NCBI GenBank assembly: GCA_020637055.1
Contig: JACJWR010000003.1
Span: 393,550 to 457,549, forward strand
Source of the DNA: Actinomycetota bacterium
GTDB lineage: Bacteria; Actinomycetota; Actinomycetes; S36-B12; UBA10799
DNA length: 64,000 nucleotides
Direction: 5' to 3'
In this document: in pieces, positions 9,549 through 17,241 of the stretch
Layout: every line of letters begins with the position of its first letter
How positions within the stretch are numbered: position 1 is the first letter of the stretch
The notes under the pieces: model-generated
Databases searched by the model: none
What the model saw: the letters and a program-made list of their open reading frames with translations, nothing else
What the model was told of the DNA's origin: nothing
Translations under genes and position numbers: made by a program

Positions 9549-11426
9549 GTGGCCAAGATTCGCGCCGAAGACATCGGGGAGGTGCGCGAGCGCGCCCGGA
9601 TCGATGAGGTCGTGGCACAGACGGTCGCGCTCAAACCGGCCGGCGGAGGTTCGTTCAAGGGACTGTGCCCTTTCCACGACGAGCGTAGTCCCAGTTTCCA
9701 CGTCAGTCCCTCAAAAGGCCTGTGGTACTGCTTCGGCTGCGGTGAGGGCGGCGACACGATCGATTTCCTCATGCGAGTCGAGGCGTTGTCTTTCGCGGAG
9801 GCGGTCGAGAAACTGGCCGGGCAGTTCGGGGTGGAACTGCACTACGAGGAGGGTTCCGCTGCGCCGGGCCGGCAGCAGGGGCAGCGCACCAGGCTGGTCG
9901 CCGTCAACACCGCGGCGGCCGAATTCTTCGTGCGTCAGTTGGCCGGCGACGAGGCGGGTCCGGCGCGGGAATTCTTGGCGAGTCGGGGGTTCGACGAGCA
10001 GGCCGTGCGCCACTTCGGGGTTGGCTATGCGCCGCGCTCCTGGGACGCCCTGACCAAGGTGCTGCGCGGCCGCGGTTTCCGGGAGGACGAGCTTCTCGCC
10101 GCGGGGGTCGTGAGCCAGGGCAACCGAGGCGTCTACGACAGGTTCCGGGGGAGGGTGATCTGGCCGATTCGTGACCTCTCCGCCGACGTTGTGGGTTTTG
10201 GTGCCAGAAGACTCTTCGACGACGATCAAGGCCCGAAGTACCTCAATACGCCGGAGACCCCGCTCTACAAGAAGTCGCGGGTGCTCTATGGGCTCGACCT
10301 GGCTCGGCAAGCGATCGCGAAGGGGCAGCAGGCGGTCCTGGTGGAGGGCTACACCGACGTCATGGCCTGCCATCTGGCGGGCGTGACCACCGCGGTGGCG
10401 ACGTGTGGCACGTCGTTCGGCGAGGACCACGTGAAGGTGCTGCGACGGCTGCTCATGGATGACGACGCCATGCGGGGTGAAGTCATCTTCACTTTCGACG
10501 GCGACGCCGCGGGGCGCAAGGCGGCGCTTCGCGCCTTCGGTACCGATCAGTCGTTCGTCGCGCAGACGTACGTGGCCGTGCAGCCGGATGGGCTCGATCC
10601 GTGCGATGCCCGACTCGCCGGCGGTGACGAAGCTGTTCGGGCTCTGGTCGCAGGCCGGGTGCCGATGTTCGAGTTCGCCATCCGAGCTGCCTTGGAGGAC
10701 CACAACCTGGATCAGGCCGAAGGTCGGGTCGCCGCCCTTCGGGCCACCGCACCGATGGTGCAGAGCATGCGCGACGTTGCCCTGCGTGACGAATACGCCG
10801 CCCGACTCGCGGGTTGGCTGGGCATGGAGCAATCCAGGGTGGCGTCGGCCGTCCGCCAAGCCGGTGCCAAGGCGAATCGGCAGCACCGTCCGCCGCCGTC
10901 GGAGGTATCGGAACCCCGACGACCGCCAGCCGACACCGATGCGCCGGCCGACCCGCGGGTGGAGCGTCAGGCTGTCCAGGTGATGCTGCAACGACCCGAC
11001 CTGGTGTGGGAGTGGGTGGCCGCCACCGAGGACTCCGCCTTCGTCGACTCCGCCTGCGCGGCCGTGTTCCGAGCGGTCAGGGAAGCCGGGGAGCCGGAGG
11101 GGGACGACGAGGCCGCACTGAGGGGGTGGCTCGACCGTGTCCTCGCGGCCGCCGATGATGACCGGGTGCGGTTGGAGATCCGGCGCTGGTCCGTCCTCAC
11201 CCTCCCGATCTCGAACGGGGTCGACCCGGCTGCGTACGCCCAAGGTGTGATGGCGAGACTGCACGAACTCGACGTCACCCGCCGGATCGCACCGCTGAAA
11301 GGTCGGCTGGCAAGGCTCGACGTGGTCAAGGAGTCCGAGCAGTTCGCCGACTTGATGGCCCAATTGATGGACCTGGAGAACTACCGGCGGGAACTGGGCG
11401 AACTGGCCATAGGGGAGGCGCCGTGA
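9549..11426 (+). CDS. dnaG: DNA primase
   Basis: It has the zinc finger CPFHDERSPSFHVSPSKGLWYCFGCGEGGD and the Toprim segment LVEGYTDVMA. A GTG start at 9549 gives the usual VAKIRAEDI N-terminus. Confidence 0.9.
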   Translation: MAKIRAEDIGEVRERARIDEVVAQTVALKPAGGGSFKGLCPFHDERSPSFHVSPSKGLWYCFGCGEGGDTIDFLMRVEALSFAEAVEKLAGQFGVELHYEEGSAAPGRQQGQRTRLVAVNTAAAEFFVRQLAGDEAGPAREFLASRGFDEQAVRHFGVGYAPRSWDALTKVLRGRGFREDELLAAGVVSQGNRGVYDRFRGRVIWPIRDLSADVVGFGARRLFDDDQGPKYLNTPETPLYKKSRVLYGLDLARQAIAKGQQAVLVEGYTDVMACHLAGVTTAVATCGTSFGEDHVKVLRRLLMDDDAMRGEVIFTFDGDAAGRKAALRAFGTDQSFVAQTYVAVQPDGLDPCDARLAGGDEAVRALVAGRVPMFEFAIRAALEDHNLDQAEGRVAALRATAPMVQSMRDVALRDEYAARLAGWLGMEQSRVASAVRQAGAKANRQHRPPPSEVSEPRRPPADTDAPADPRVERQAVQVMLQRPDLVWEWVAATEDSAFVDSACAAVFRAVREAGEPEGDDEAALRGWLDRVLAAADDDRVRLEIRRWSVLTLPISNGVDPAAYAQGVMARLHELDVTRRIAPLKGRLARLDVVKESEQFADLMAQLMDLENYRRELGELAIGEAP

Positions 11427-11905
11427 AGTTGTTCAACCGACCGCCCGTCGAAGTGTCGAGTCTGCTCGAGCGCGGTGAGCGGGCCTTGGCCTGGGCCGAG
11501 ACCTCAGATGGTGGATGGCTGGTCGCGACCGGGACCCGGCTCTGCGGCTCGGGTCCGACGTTGGACTACCGATGGGTGTCGGTCCTCGGAGCCTCGTGGG
11601 ATCCGCCCGTGCTGGAACTCAAGATCTGGACGCCGCAAGGGGTGGACACCTCCGCCCTCACCATCCCGCAGGCCGGAGTCCTGCCACAAGTCATCCGCGA
11701 ACGAATCATGCAGTCCCTGGTGGTGCAGCGCCACGTGGCGCTGTCCGGGAAGAAGGGGGTCAGATTCCTCGCCCGGCGGGATCCGGAGACGGATCTGGTG
11801 ACTTGGCAGACGGTGCTCGACGCGGGGGTAGACGCCTCCGACCCGGTGGTCGCAGCCCGGATCGCGGAGTCGCTGGCGGTGCTGCGCGAGGCCTACGGCG
11901 TGTAG
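11423..11905 (+). CDS. hypothetical protein, translationally coupled to dnaG
   Basis: A 160-aa ORF whose GTG start overlaps the dnaG stop. I recognised no motif. Confidence 0.55.
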   Translation: MKLFNRPPVEVSSLLERGERALAWAETSDGGWLVATGTRLCGSGPTLDYRWVSVLGASWDPPVLELKIWTPQGVDTSALTIPQAGVLPQVIRERIMQSLVVQRHVALSGKKGVRFLARRDPETDLVTWQTVLDAGVDASDPVVAARIAESLAVLREAYGV

Positions 11906-11968
11906 CGCGCCTCCGGCGGCAGCGTCGGGTATGGTCGAAAGACTTGACGTCGGTGTCATTTCAGGGAC

Positions 11969-12757
11969 GTGGAGGTCGTTGACGTGCATGTGGCCGTAGG
12001 AATCGTGGCAGGCACTGCGATTCGGGGAGTGGCCGCAAACGTCATGATGCGGCCAGTGCTCGAGCGTCACCCCGACGCCTTCCTCATCACCCTTGCCAAC
12101 TACGGCGTCACCCTGCCGCTGCACCGATCACAGGAACACCTCGGCGCAGACATCGCCAGGTCGTTGGCGGAGCAGGGCAAGCCACCGGGAACCCCGATCG
12201 TGTTGGTCGGACACTCCCAAGGTGGTTTGGCAGTCCTGCGCTACACCGCCGACCATCCCGATCAGGTGGCGGCAGTGTTCAGCATCGGATCCCCCTGGAA
12301 CGGCGCCGTGAGCGCCGGACGGGTGAGCCGTCTCTTCGGCGGCCGACTGACTCCGGCGCTGCGGGACATGTCGGCCGGGTCGAGGTTCCTCACCTCGCTG
12401 CACGCGGATCTGCCGGAGGTGGCCGATCGGGTGCACAACATCTACAGCACCCATGAGCTCTTCATCCGGCCCTATGTGGACGCCCACATCGACGTTCCAG
12501 GGGTGTCGAACACGCTCATCGCAACGGAGGAGGAACACCTTCGGCACCTGCAGATGTACCCGGACCTTGCCCTCGACGACATCATCCTGGGCCGGGTCAA
12601 CCACCTCAACGAGATGCACTCGCCAGAGGTCAGGCAGAAGATCTGGGTGAAGGTGAACGAACTCAACGCCGCCTTGTCCGCCCGCGGGGCCGCCGGCCCT
12701 TCGCCGCGATCCTCCCAGCTCCCGCGCCGGGATTCGAACCTGGAACCGTCCGATTAG
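11969..12757 (+). CDS. alpha/beta hydrolase (lipase-like, GHSQGG nucleophile elbow)
   Basis: It contains the VLVGHSQGG motif. The last 13 codons (QLPRRDSNLEPSD) are read from the inverted tRNA-Asn fragment. The start is uncertain. Confidence 0.55.
   Translation: MEVVDVHVAVGIVAGTAIRGVAANVMMRPVLERHPDAFLITLANYGVTLPLHRSQEHLGADIARSLAEQGKPPGTPIVLVGHSQGGLAVLRYTADHPDQVAAVFSIGSPWNGAVSAGRVSRLFGGRLTPALRDMSAGSRFLTSLHADLPEVADRVHNIYSTHELFIRPYVDAHIDVPGVSNTLIATEEEHLRHLQMYPDLALDDIILGRVNHLNEMHSPEVRQKIWVKVNELNAALSARGAAGPSPRSSQLPRRDSNLEPSD
12718..12756 (-). repeat. displaced 3' half of tRNA-Asn (anticodon loop to 3' end), inverted relative to the intact gene
   Basis: The 39 nt at 12718-12756 are the exact reverse complement of 22251-22289. 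Confidence 0.85.
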
Positions 12758-12775
12758 GTCACATTAGGCCGGAGG

Positions 12776-12793
12776 GGTGGACTTCTGTCCACC
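12776..12793 (+). terminator. hairpin downstream of the hydrolase gene
   Basis: The stem is ggtggac / gtccacc with loop ttct. There is no U-tract, so it is only terminator-like. Confidence 0.3.
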
Positions 12794-12855
12794 GTCGGCG
12801 CAGATGGGATCGATCGGGGTGGTAGGAGGGGTGCGGTACTCCATAGCCTCAAAGC

Positions 12856-12999
12856 ATGATTATCAAATACCCGCACGAGCCGGAGAAGAACCAGTGGTCA
12901 ACGCCTCGACTCACCGTCCTGGGTGCCGGTGCCGGCGTCGCGGGGGGCAAGGTGTTCGATAAAGACGAAACCGATTTCATCCCCAACGGACCCTCGTAG
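12856..12999 (+). CDS. 47-aa small ORF, candidate peptide
   Basis: MIIKYPHEPEKNQWSTPRLTVLGAGAGVAGGKVFDKDETDFIPNGPS. The ATG is the first start after an in-frame stop. Third-position G+C is about three quarters by hand count. There is no obvious SD. The ORF is too short for the supplied track. Confidence 0.3.
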   Translation: MIIKYPHEPEKNQWSTPRLTVLGAGAGVAGGKVFDKDETDFIPNGPS

Positions 13000-13261
13000 A
13001 GGGTCACGATCCGTACTGCCTGTGGCTAGCCCAACCGGGCTGTCAGGTGCACCCCGATCATGGTGAGGCCGCGCCCACATGTGCAGGTGGCGGCGGTGGC
13101 CGCCCAAGCAGTGGCTGGCGGCAGTTCACTTCAGTATCCAAAGGACTAGCCGCAGGGATTGGACATGCCTGGAGCCAAAGAGGTGGTCTTGGGGTCGATG
13201 CCGGAGGTCAGAGCGAACGCGACGATGAGCGCGGTGCTGTAGGTCGAGTCATACGCCTTCT

Positions 13262-13287
13262 TGGGTGTAAGACCTGGGTGTAAGACC
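13262..13287. repeat. 13-bp tandem direct repeat x2 (tgggtgtaagacc)
   Basis: Two exact adjacent copies, 25 bp outside the left island repeat. Confidence 0.85.
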
Positions 13288-13312
13288 ATCTGCTGTCAAG
13301 ATTCGGACCTTT

Positions 13313-13374
13313 GAAACCGCCCCTGAGCTGCGCTAACAGTAGGGCGGGTGGGACTCGAACCCACGACCTGCCGG
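13313..13374. repeat. left att-type direct repeat (displaced tRNA-Met 3' fragment)
   Basis: gaaaccgcccctgaGctgcgctaacagtagggcgggtgggactcgaacccacgAcctgccgg matches 21987-22048 with about 4 differences. Confidence 0.8.
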
Positions 13375-13502
13375 GTCAAGGCGCAGTGTTTCTAGACGTA
13401 TCCTGATGTATCCGCAGTGGGTTGCGATCCAACCGCTGACCAGGGCAAACAGTGTCCGAGTGAGTCTGCGCGTCTCAGGACGTGAAGTCGGCGCGGAATG
13501 CA

Positions 13503-13520
13503 GGAGTCCTGTAGGACTCC
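13503..13520 (-). terminator. perfect palindrome/hairpin just downstream of the last minus-strand island gene
   Basis: ggagtcct-gt-aggactcc has 8-bp arms and is nested in an outer ggaatgc/gcattcc pairing. It lies about 30 nt after the stop of 13552..13902. No U-tract. Confidence 0.35.
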
Positions 13521-13551
13521 CTGTAATCCGACCGCAGGTGGCATTCCGACA

Positions 13552-13902
13552 TCACCGCCGTTCGTCCTCGCGCCACTTCCGCAGCGTGGTGCGCGAGATT
13601 CCCGCCAGCCGGGCCGCCTCGACCTCCGACAGCGCCCCCCGGCGCACAGCGGACAGCACCACCCGGCGCAGGTCATCTTGCTCACGGTCGTAGCGTTGCC
13701 GGGCCTTGGCGGTGCGCTTGGCGTTGGCGCTGATGGTGCCGTCGATGACTTGCTGCGCCAGTTTTGGGTCATCGCGTTTCAGTCGGGCGATGATGTAGCC
13801 CGCATCGTGCTCACGCCTCAAGTTGGTAATACCAACTTGCCCTGTCCGGTCCCCGCCGTGTTCGGCTGCCGGGGCGATGTCCTCGGCGAGCATCCGACGC
13901 AC
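13552..13902 (-). CDS. HTH DNA-binding protein, unknown role
   Basis: It has the C-terminal HTH LSEVEAARLAGISRTTLRKW, and its N-terminal half reads GYIIARLKRDDPKLAQQVIDGTISANA. The 5' end overlaps palindrome P1, so the true start may be further downstream. Confidence 0.5.
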   Translation of the reverse strand: MRRMLAEDIAPAAEHGGDRTGQVGITNLRREHDAGYIIARLKRDDPKLAQQVIDGTISANAKRTAKARQRYDREQDDLRRVVLSAVRRGALSEVEAARLAGISRTTLRKWREDERR

Positions 13903-14165
13903 CGTTGCCGCAGCGGCCTTGAAGTGGGGTTGGTATTACCAACCCCTGCCTTGCTGTGTTGGTTGGTGCCGTTCTTGGCTGCCGGGGTGATATCCACCAC
14001 CTGGGTGAGGATTTCGGCGGCACGTTCGGGGCCGTCCGATTTGATGATCGCCGCAACCTCACGCGCCTGACGAGCGTTCGAGATGGGAACCGGTGACATG
14101 TCACCGATCGCGGTAGCAGCGCTGGCAGCAGTGATGAACTCCCGAGCGCGGCGATCATCAAATCC
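13818..14165 (-). pseudogene. degenerate, frameshifted copy of the HTH-module gene
   Basis: It encodes ...DDRRAREFITAASAATAIGDMSPVPISNARQAREVAAIIKSDGPERAAEILTQV, paralogous to the C-terminus of 14308..15006. The expected ERWGF codons read gaacgtgggga instead of gaacggtgggga, a 1-nt loss. 13998-14070 repeats 14371-14443 with 3 mismatches in 73 nt. Confidence 0.4.
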
Positions 14166-15070
14166 CCACGTTCGAGTCGTACTGCCGCGAACGGTGGAAC
14201 TTGGCCCGCAGGACCGCCTACCAGTTGATGGAAGGCGCGGAGGCGGTGTGCGCCATGGCGCACATCACGCCGGTTCCGATCACGAGTGGAGTTAGTATTA
14301 CTAACTCCTACCTTGGTGTGTTGGTTGCTGCGTCGCGGATGGCTTTGGCTGTGACGGGTCCAGACTCGGCCACCTGGGTGAGGATTTCGGCGGCGCGTTC
14401 GGGGCCGTCGGTTTTGATGATCGCCGCAACCTCACGCGCCTGACCCTCATTCGCGATGGTGGGTACATTTGTACCCACCGACTCCACCGCTGTGACAGCC
14501 TCCGACGCGGCAATCATCTTGTTGGCGTAGTTGCGCTGGAATCCCCACCGTTCGCGGCAGTACCCCTCGAACGTGGCGTACCCCTCCAGCCGATACAGGC
14601 GCCCGTCACGAATCCGGGCCAACGCCTGACCCTCGTTTGTGACCGGAACAATTGTTCCGATTTGCCCCACGGCGTCGGCCGCCTCGATCATCTGCCGGGC
14701 GCGCCGATCAGTGAACCCCCACCGTTCGCGGCGGTACGCCTTGTCGAGCGCCACGGTCCCGGCGAGCACCTGGGGCAGCAGGTCGGTCCAGTCAGCGACC
14801 AAACCGCAACGCGCCAGGTCAAACCTCAAGTCATTCGATAGTTGCGGATCCGCAAGTATCGACCCGCGCGCCCACCTGCCGCTCTCGCGTTTCCCCTGAG
14901 CGATCAGCATCAACGCACGCCCAGCGGCCTGCTGATTCGACGCCGAGGGCGGCGCCGATCGCCCGCTGCCCCTTCGATAGATTCCGCCGGTCACCGTTCG
15001 CACCACTGGATCACCTGCCGGGCGTGACCGATGTAGCCGTTGGTGATGCCCGTGTGTGTACTAAGTACAC
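13819..15070. repeat. array of eight perfect palindromes (15-24 nt)
   Basis: The eight sites are 13819-13839 caagttggta-a-taccaacttg; 13926-13946 ggggttggta-t-taccaacccc; 14090-14105 cggtgacatgtcaccg; 14288-14308 ggagttagta-t-tactaactcc; 14458-14479 ggtgggtaca-tt-tgtacccacc; 14644-14659 cggaacaattgttccg; 14842-14855 ttgcggatccgcaa; 15056-15070 gtgtact-a-agtacac. Confidence 0.85.
14308..15006 (-). CDS. DNA-binding protein with two tandem HTH-like modules (RERWGF..R.A..MI.A..AV...GT.VP..NEGQA)
   Basis: Internal repeat: YRRERWGFTDRRARQMIEAADAVGQIGTIVPVTNEGQA and CRERWGFQRNYANKMIAASEAVTAVESVGTNVPTIANEGQA. The start may be the internal ATG near 14910. Confidence 0.5.
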   Translation of the reverse strand: MVRTVTGGIYRRGSGRSAPPSASNQQAAGRALMLIAQGKRESGRWARGSILADPQLSNDLRFDLARCGLVADWTDLLPQVLAGTVALDKAYRRERWGFTDRRARQMIEAADAVGQIGTIVPVTNEGQALARIRDGRLYRLEGYATFEGYCRERWGFQRNYANKMIAASEAVTAVESVGTNVPTIANEGQAREVAAIIKTDGPERAAEILTQVAESGPVTAKAIRDAATNTPR

Positions 15071-15125
15071 GCGTGGACTCTGGCCTCAACGCGGCGAGCA
15101 TCGCCCGCTGACCCTTCGACCTGGG

Positions 15126-15413
15126 CTACATCACCCGCTGCGGCGGCCGCTTGCCGTACAACCGCCACGACGTCCGCCGCCGCGACGCGGCTGCGACACG
15201 CTCGGCCGGCAGCAGGCCGGCGCGGATCCCGAACCGCAGCGACGACGGAAGGCCATCCTCGAGTCGAAGCGCATCCGCCAGGCACTCGGCGCGAACTCCG
15301 CACCCGGCGCAGATCGCCTTCGCCGCCAACTGTTCAGGCGGCCGACCCGCGAACCACAGGTCGAGGTCCGAACCCACACACGACGCGTCGTCTTGCCAGT
15401 TCCCAGGCTCCAC
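15126..15413 (-). CDS. WhiB-family transcription factor
   Basis: Four Cys in WhiB spacing: DDASCVGSDLDLWF...AKAICAGCGVRAEC (C-x2-C-x5-C). I chose the GTG start at 15413; the listed ORF extends to 15461. Confidence 0.8.
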   Translation of the reverse strand: MEPGNWQDDASCVGSDLDLWFAGRPPEQLAAKAICAGCGVRAECLADALRLEDGLPSSLRFGIRAGLLPAERVAAASRRRTSWRLYGKRPPQRVM

Positions 15414-15563
15414 CCGCCCACAATAGCCGCCACAACGCCCGTGGGCACGGCTACAACGCACGCAGACGCCCGACAGGTGTATCCGGTAGGGTCGCCGCCT
15501 TCGACGCTTCTACGGGCGTCCTGCGGCGACGGGGGGTTTCGCCGGAGGTGGCGGGTATCGTTG

Positions 15564-15755
15564 TCACCGGAGATCCTCTCCATCTCCAGCGCGGTCGAGC
15601 GAGGTCGCCATCGCTCCCGCGAGAGGCTCCACCAACCGGGTCGTGCTGGCCTCGGTTGGTGGAGCCTCACCCTGGTGAAACGGGCAATATCCGTTCGCCC
15701 ACCTCCCGATGAACGGGCAGGCTCGGACGCTGCAACGGGCTACGGGTGACTTCAT
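15564..15755 (-). CDS. small Cys/His-rich (zinc-finger-like) protein
   Basis: 63 aa: MKSPVARCSVRACPFIGRWANGYCPFHQ... Confidence 0.4.
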   Translation of the reverse strand: MKSPVARCSVRACPFIGRWANGYCPFHQGEAPPTEASTTRLVEPLAGAMATSLDRAGDGEDLR

Positions 15756-16149
15756 GCTGGAATGCCTCTCAGTGTGCGCGGGAGCGGCCTAGGACGGCCT
15801 CTGCGCCCATGTTGGTAGGTGTGTGACCCCTCGCCCGTTCGTCGCGTCTGCGGCCCGTTGGGCGTATGCTGGGGGCGCATCTCGCAGCGATGTAACGCGG
15901 CCCCTCCGACTCGACCACGGAGGGGCCGCTTCGCGTCCGTGCCCAGCGTCGGGGTCTGGATCCGCCGCGACGCCCAGCCTGCCGAGGCTCACTGTCCCAA
16001 CCCTCAACCTCGGGTTGAGACTTCTGGATACGCCGCGACGATCAGGCTCATCCCGCGCCGCCCCTAGTGGCTGCCACGGGAGGGGCATCCCCCCTCGGGG
16101 GTGAGGGTGACGGCCCCGAGACTCGGAGCCGCCACCCTTCCGCGCCCGG
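15756..16149 (-). other. hairpin-rich, apparently noncoding segment (candidate ncRNA or origin)
   Basis: The only long ORF (15789..16166, minus) has third-position G+C no higher than the local base composition by my hand count. Stable stems include gcggcccctcc/ggaggggccgc (15896-15928), ctcaacc/ggttgag (16003-16019), and gggtgacgg/ccgccaccc with one G-U pair (16105-16136). Confidence 0.3.
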
Positions 16150-16929
16150 TCAGTCGAACGACCCACGCGGCCCGTCGCCCCTGTGCGTGAGGGACTTCCT
16201 CAGCGCACGCTGCAACGTCTCCGTGGCCTTCACGCCGTTGCGTTGCAGCGCTCGCCAGTCACCTGCGAGCGTGCTCCACTCGCTCGCAACGGTCTGAGCA
16301 AGTCGAGACACGATCTGTCGATCCTTCCCGCTGTCCACGAGTTGCTGGACTTCCGTGACGAGTCGCTGACGTGCCGAGACGTACTCGGACGCGACTGGGA
16401 TCGGGAGGTCGGGCAACTTCGCCCGCGTCGATGTCTGCGCGTGCGGTGGTGTGGCGACCACACGCACGAGATCCAGACGCTGTGCCAGCACAGCCTGGGC
16501 GTCGGCAGCGGCCTTGTCGGCAGCGGCCTGCTTGCGCTCCCACGCCTTCACGGCGGCCACGGCAGCGACCTCGGCCTGGCCCAGCACAGCGTCGGCAGCC
16601 TCGCCCAGCGCGGCGTGCAGCGCCCACCAGCGCCGGGTCACGAGGTCGGCCTGCACAGCCTGGAACCGCTCGGCTGTCGCGAGTGCTTCCTCCAGCCGCC
16701 AGGTGTCGTTGCGCACGCTGGCGAGATCCTCCCCGGCCTCGGCAGCGGCGCGCAGCGCCTCGGCGTATGCGTCCGGCGCGGCAGCGTGTGCGCGTCGCGC
16801 CTCGGCCACCTTCACGTTCGCAGCCTTCAGCGCAGCGACCGCGTCCTGCAACGCGGCGTAGGCGTCCGTGACTGGGGTCGGCAGGTCGAGTCCAGACAGG
16901 TCTGGGGCGGCGTATCGGGTGCTTGTCAT
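16150..16929 (-). CDS. hypothetical Ala-rich, probably all-helical protein
   Basis: A 259-aa ORF overlapped by the upstream gene. I recognised no motif. Confidence 0.5.
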   Translation of the reverse strand: MTSTRYAAPDLSGLDLPTPVTDAYAALQDAVAALKAANVKVAEARRAHAAAPDAYAEALRAAAEAGEDLASVRNDTWRLEEALATAERFQAVQADLVTRRWWALHAALGEAADAVLGQAEVAAVAAVKAWERKQAAADKAAADAQAVLAQRLDLVRVVATPPHAQTSTRAKLPDLPIPVASEYVSARQRLVTEVQQLVDSGKDRQIVSRLAQTVASEWSTLAGDWRALQRNGVKATETLQRALRKSLTHRGDGPRGSFD

Positions 16930-17198
16930 TCTGAGTACCTCCGGTTGGGGTCGAGCAGGTGTCGTAGTTGGCCGGATTCGTGCAGGCGCACGATCTCTTC
17001 GGGCGCGAGTCCGCGCAGCCCGGCCCTCGTGATCCGCCCCTCGGCGTCGCGTTCCGGTTTCGTGCGCCCGGCGAGCAGGTCGTCGAGTTGCCCGAGAGTG
17101 CGGGCGCGTTCGATCTGCTCATGGTCGAGTCCACGCAGGTCGTCCCTCGTGAGTTGGGGCGGGCGGCTCTTGCCGCTCGGGTCGATGTAGTCGGTCAT
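16926..17198 (-). CDS. hypothetical protein with an internal duplication
   Basis: From ATG 17198: MTDYIDPSG.... It has two copies of (L/I)TR..LRGL..E.I.R....GQL..LL. Confidence 0.45.
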   Translation of the reverse strand: MTDYIDPSGKSRPPQLTRDDLRGLDHEQIERARTLGQLDDLLAGRTKPERDAEGRITRAGLRGLAPEEIVRLHESGQLRHLLDPNRRYSE

Positions 17199-17241
17199 CG
17201 GTGTTTCCTTTCGTTGGTTGTGAGGACGGTCTTCTTGGTTG

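Noticed and set aside
15789-16166. A 125-aa minus-strand ORF spanning the structured island segment
   Set aside because: Third-position G+C by hand count is no higher than the local average. The translation is Arg/Gly/Pro-rich. It also overlaps the stop region of 16150..16929. I treated it as noncoding.
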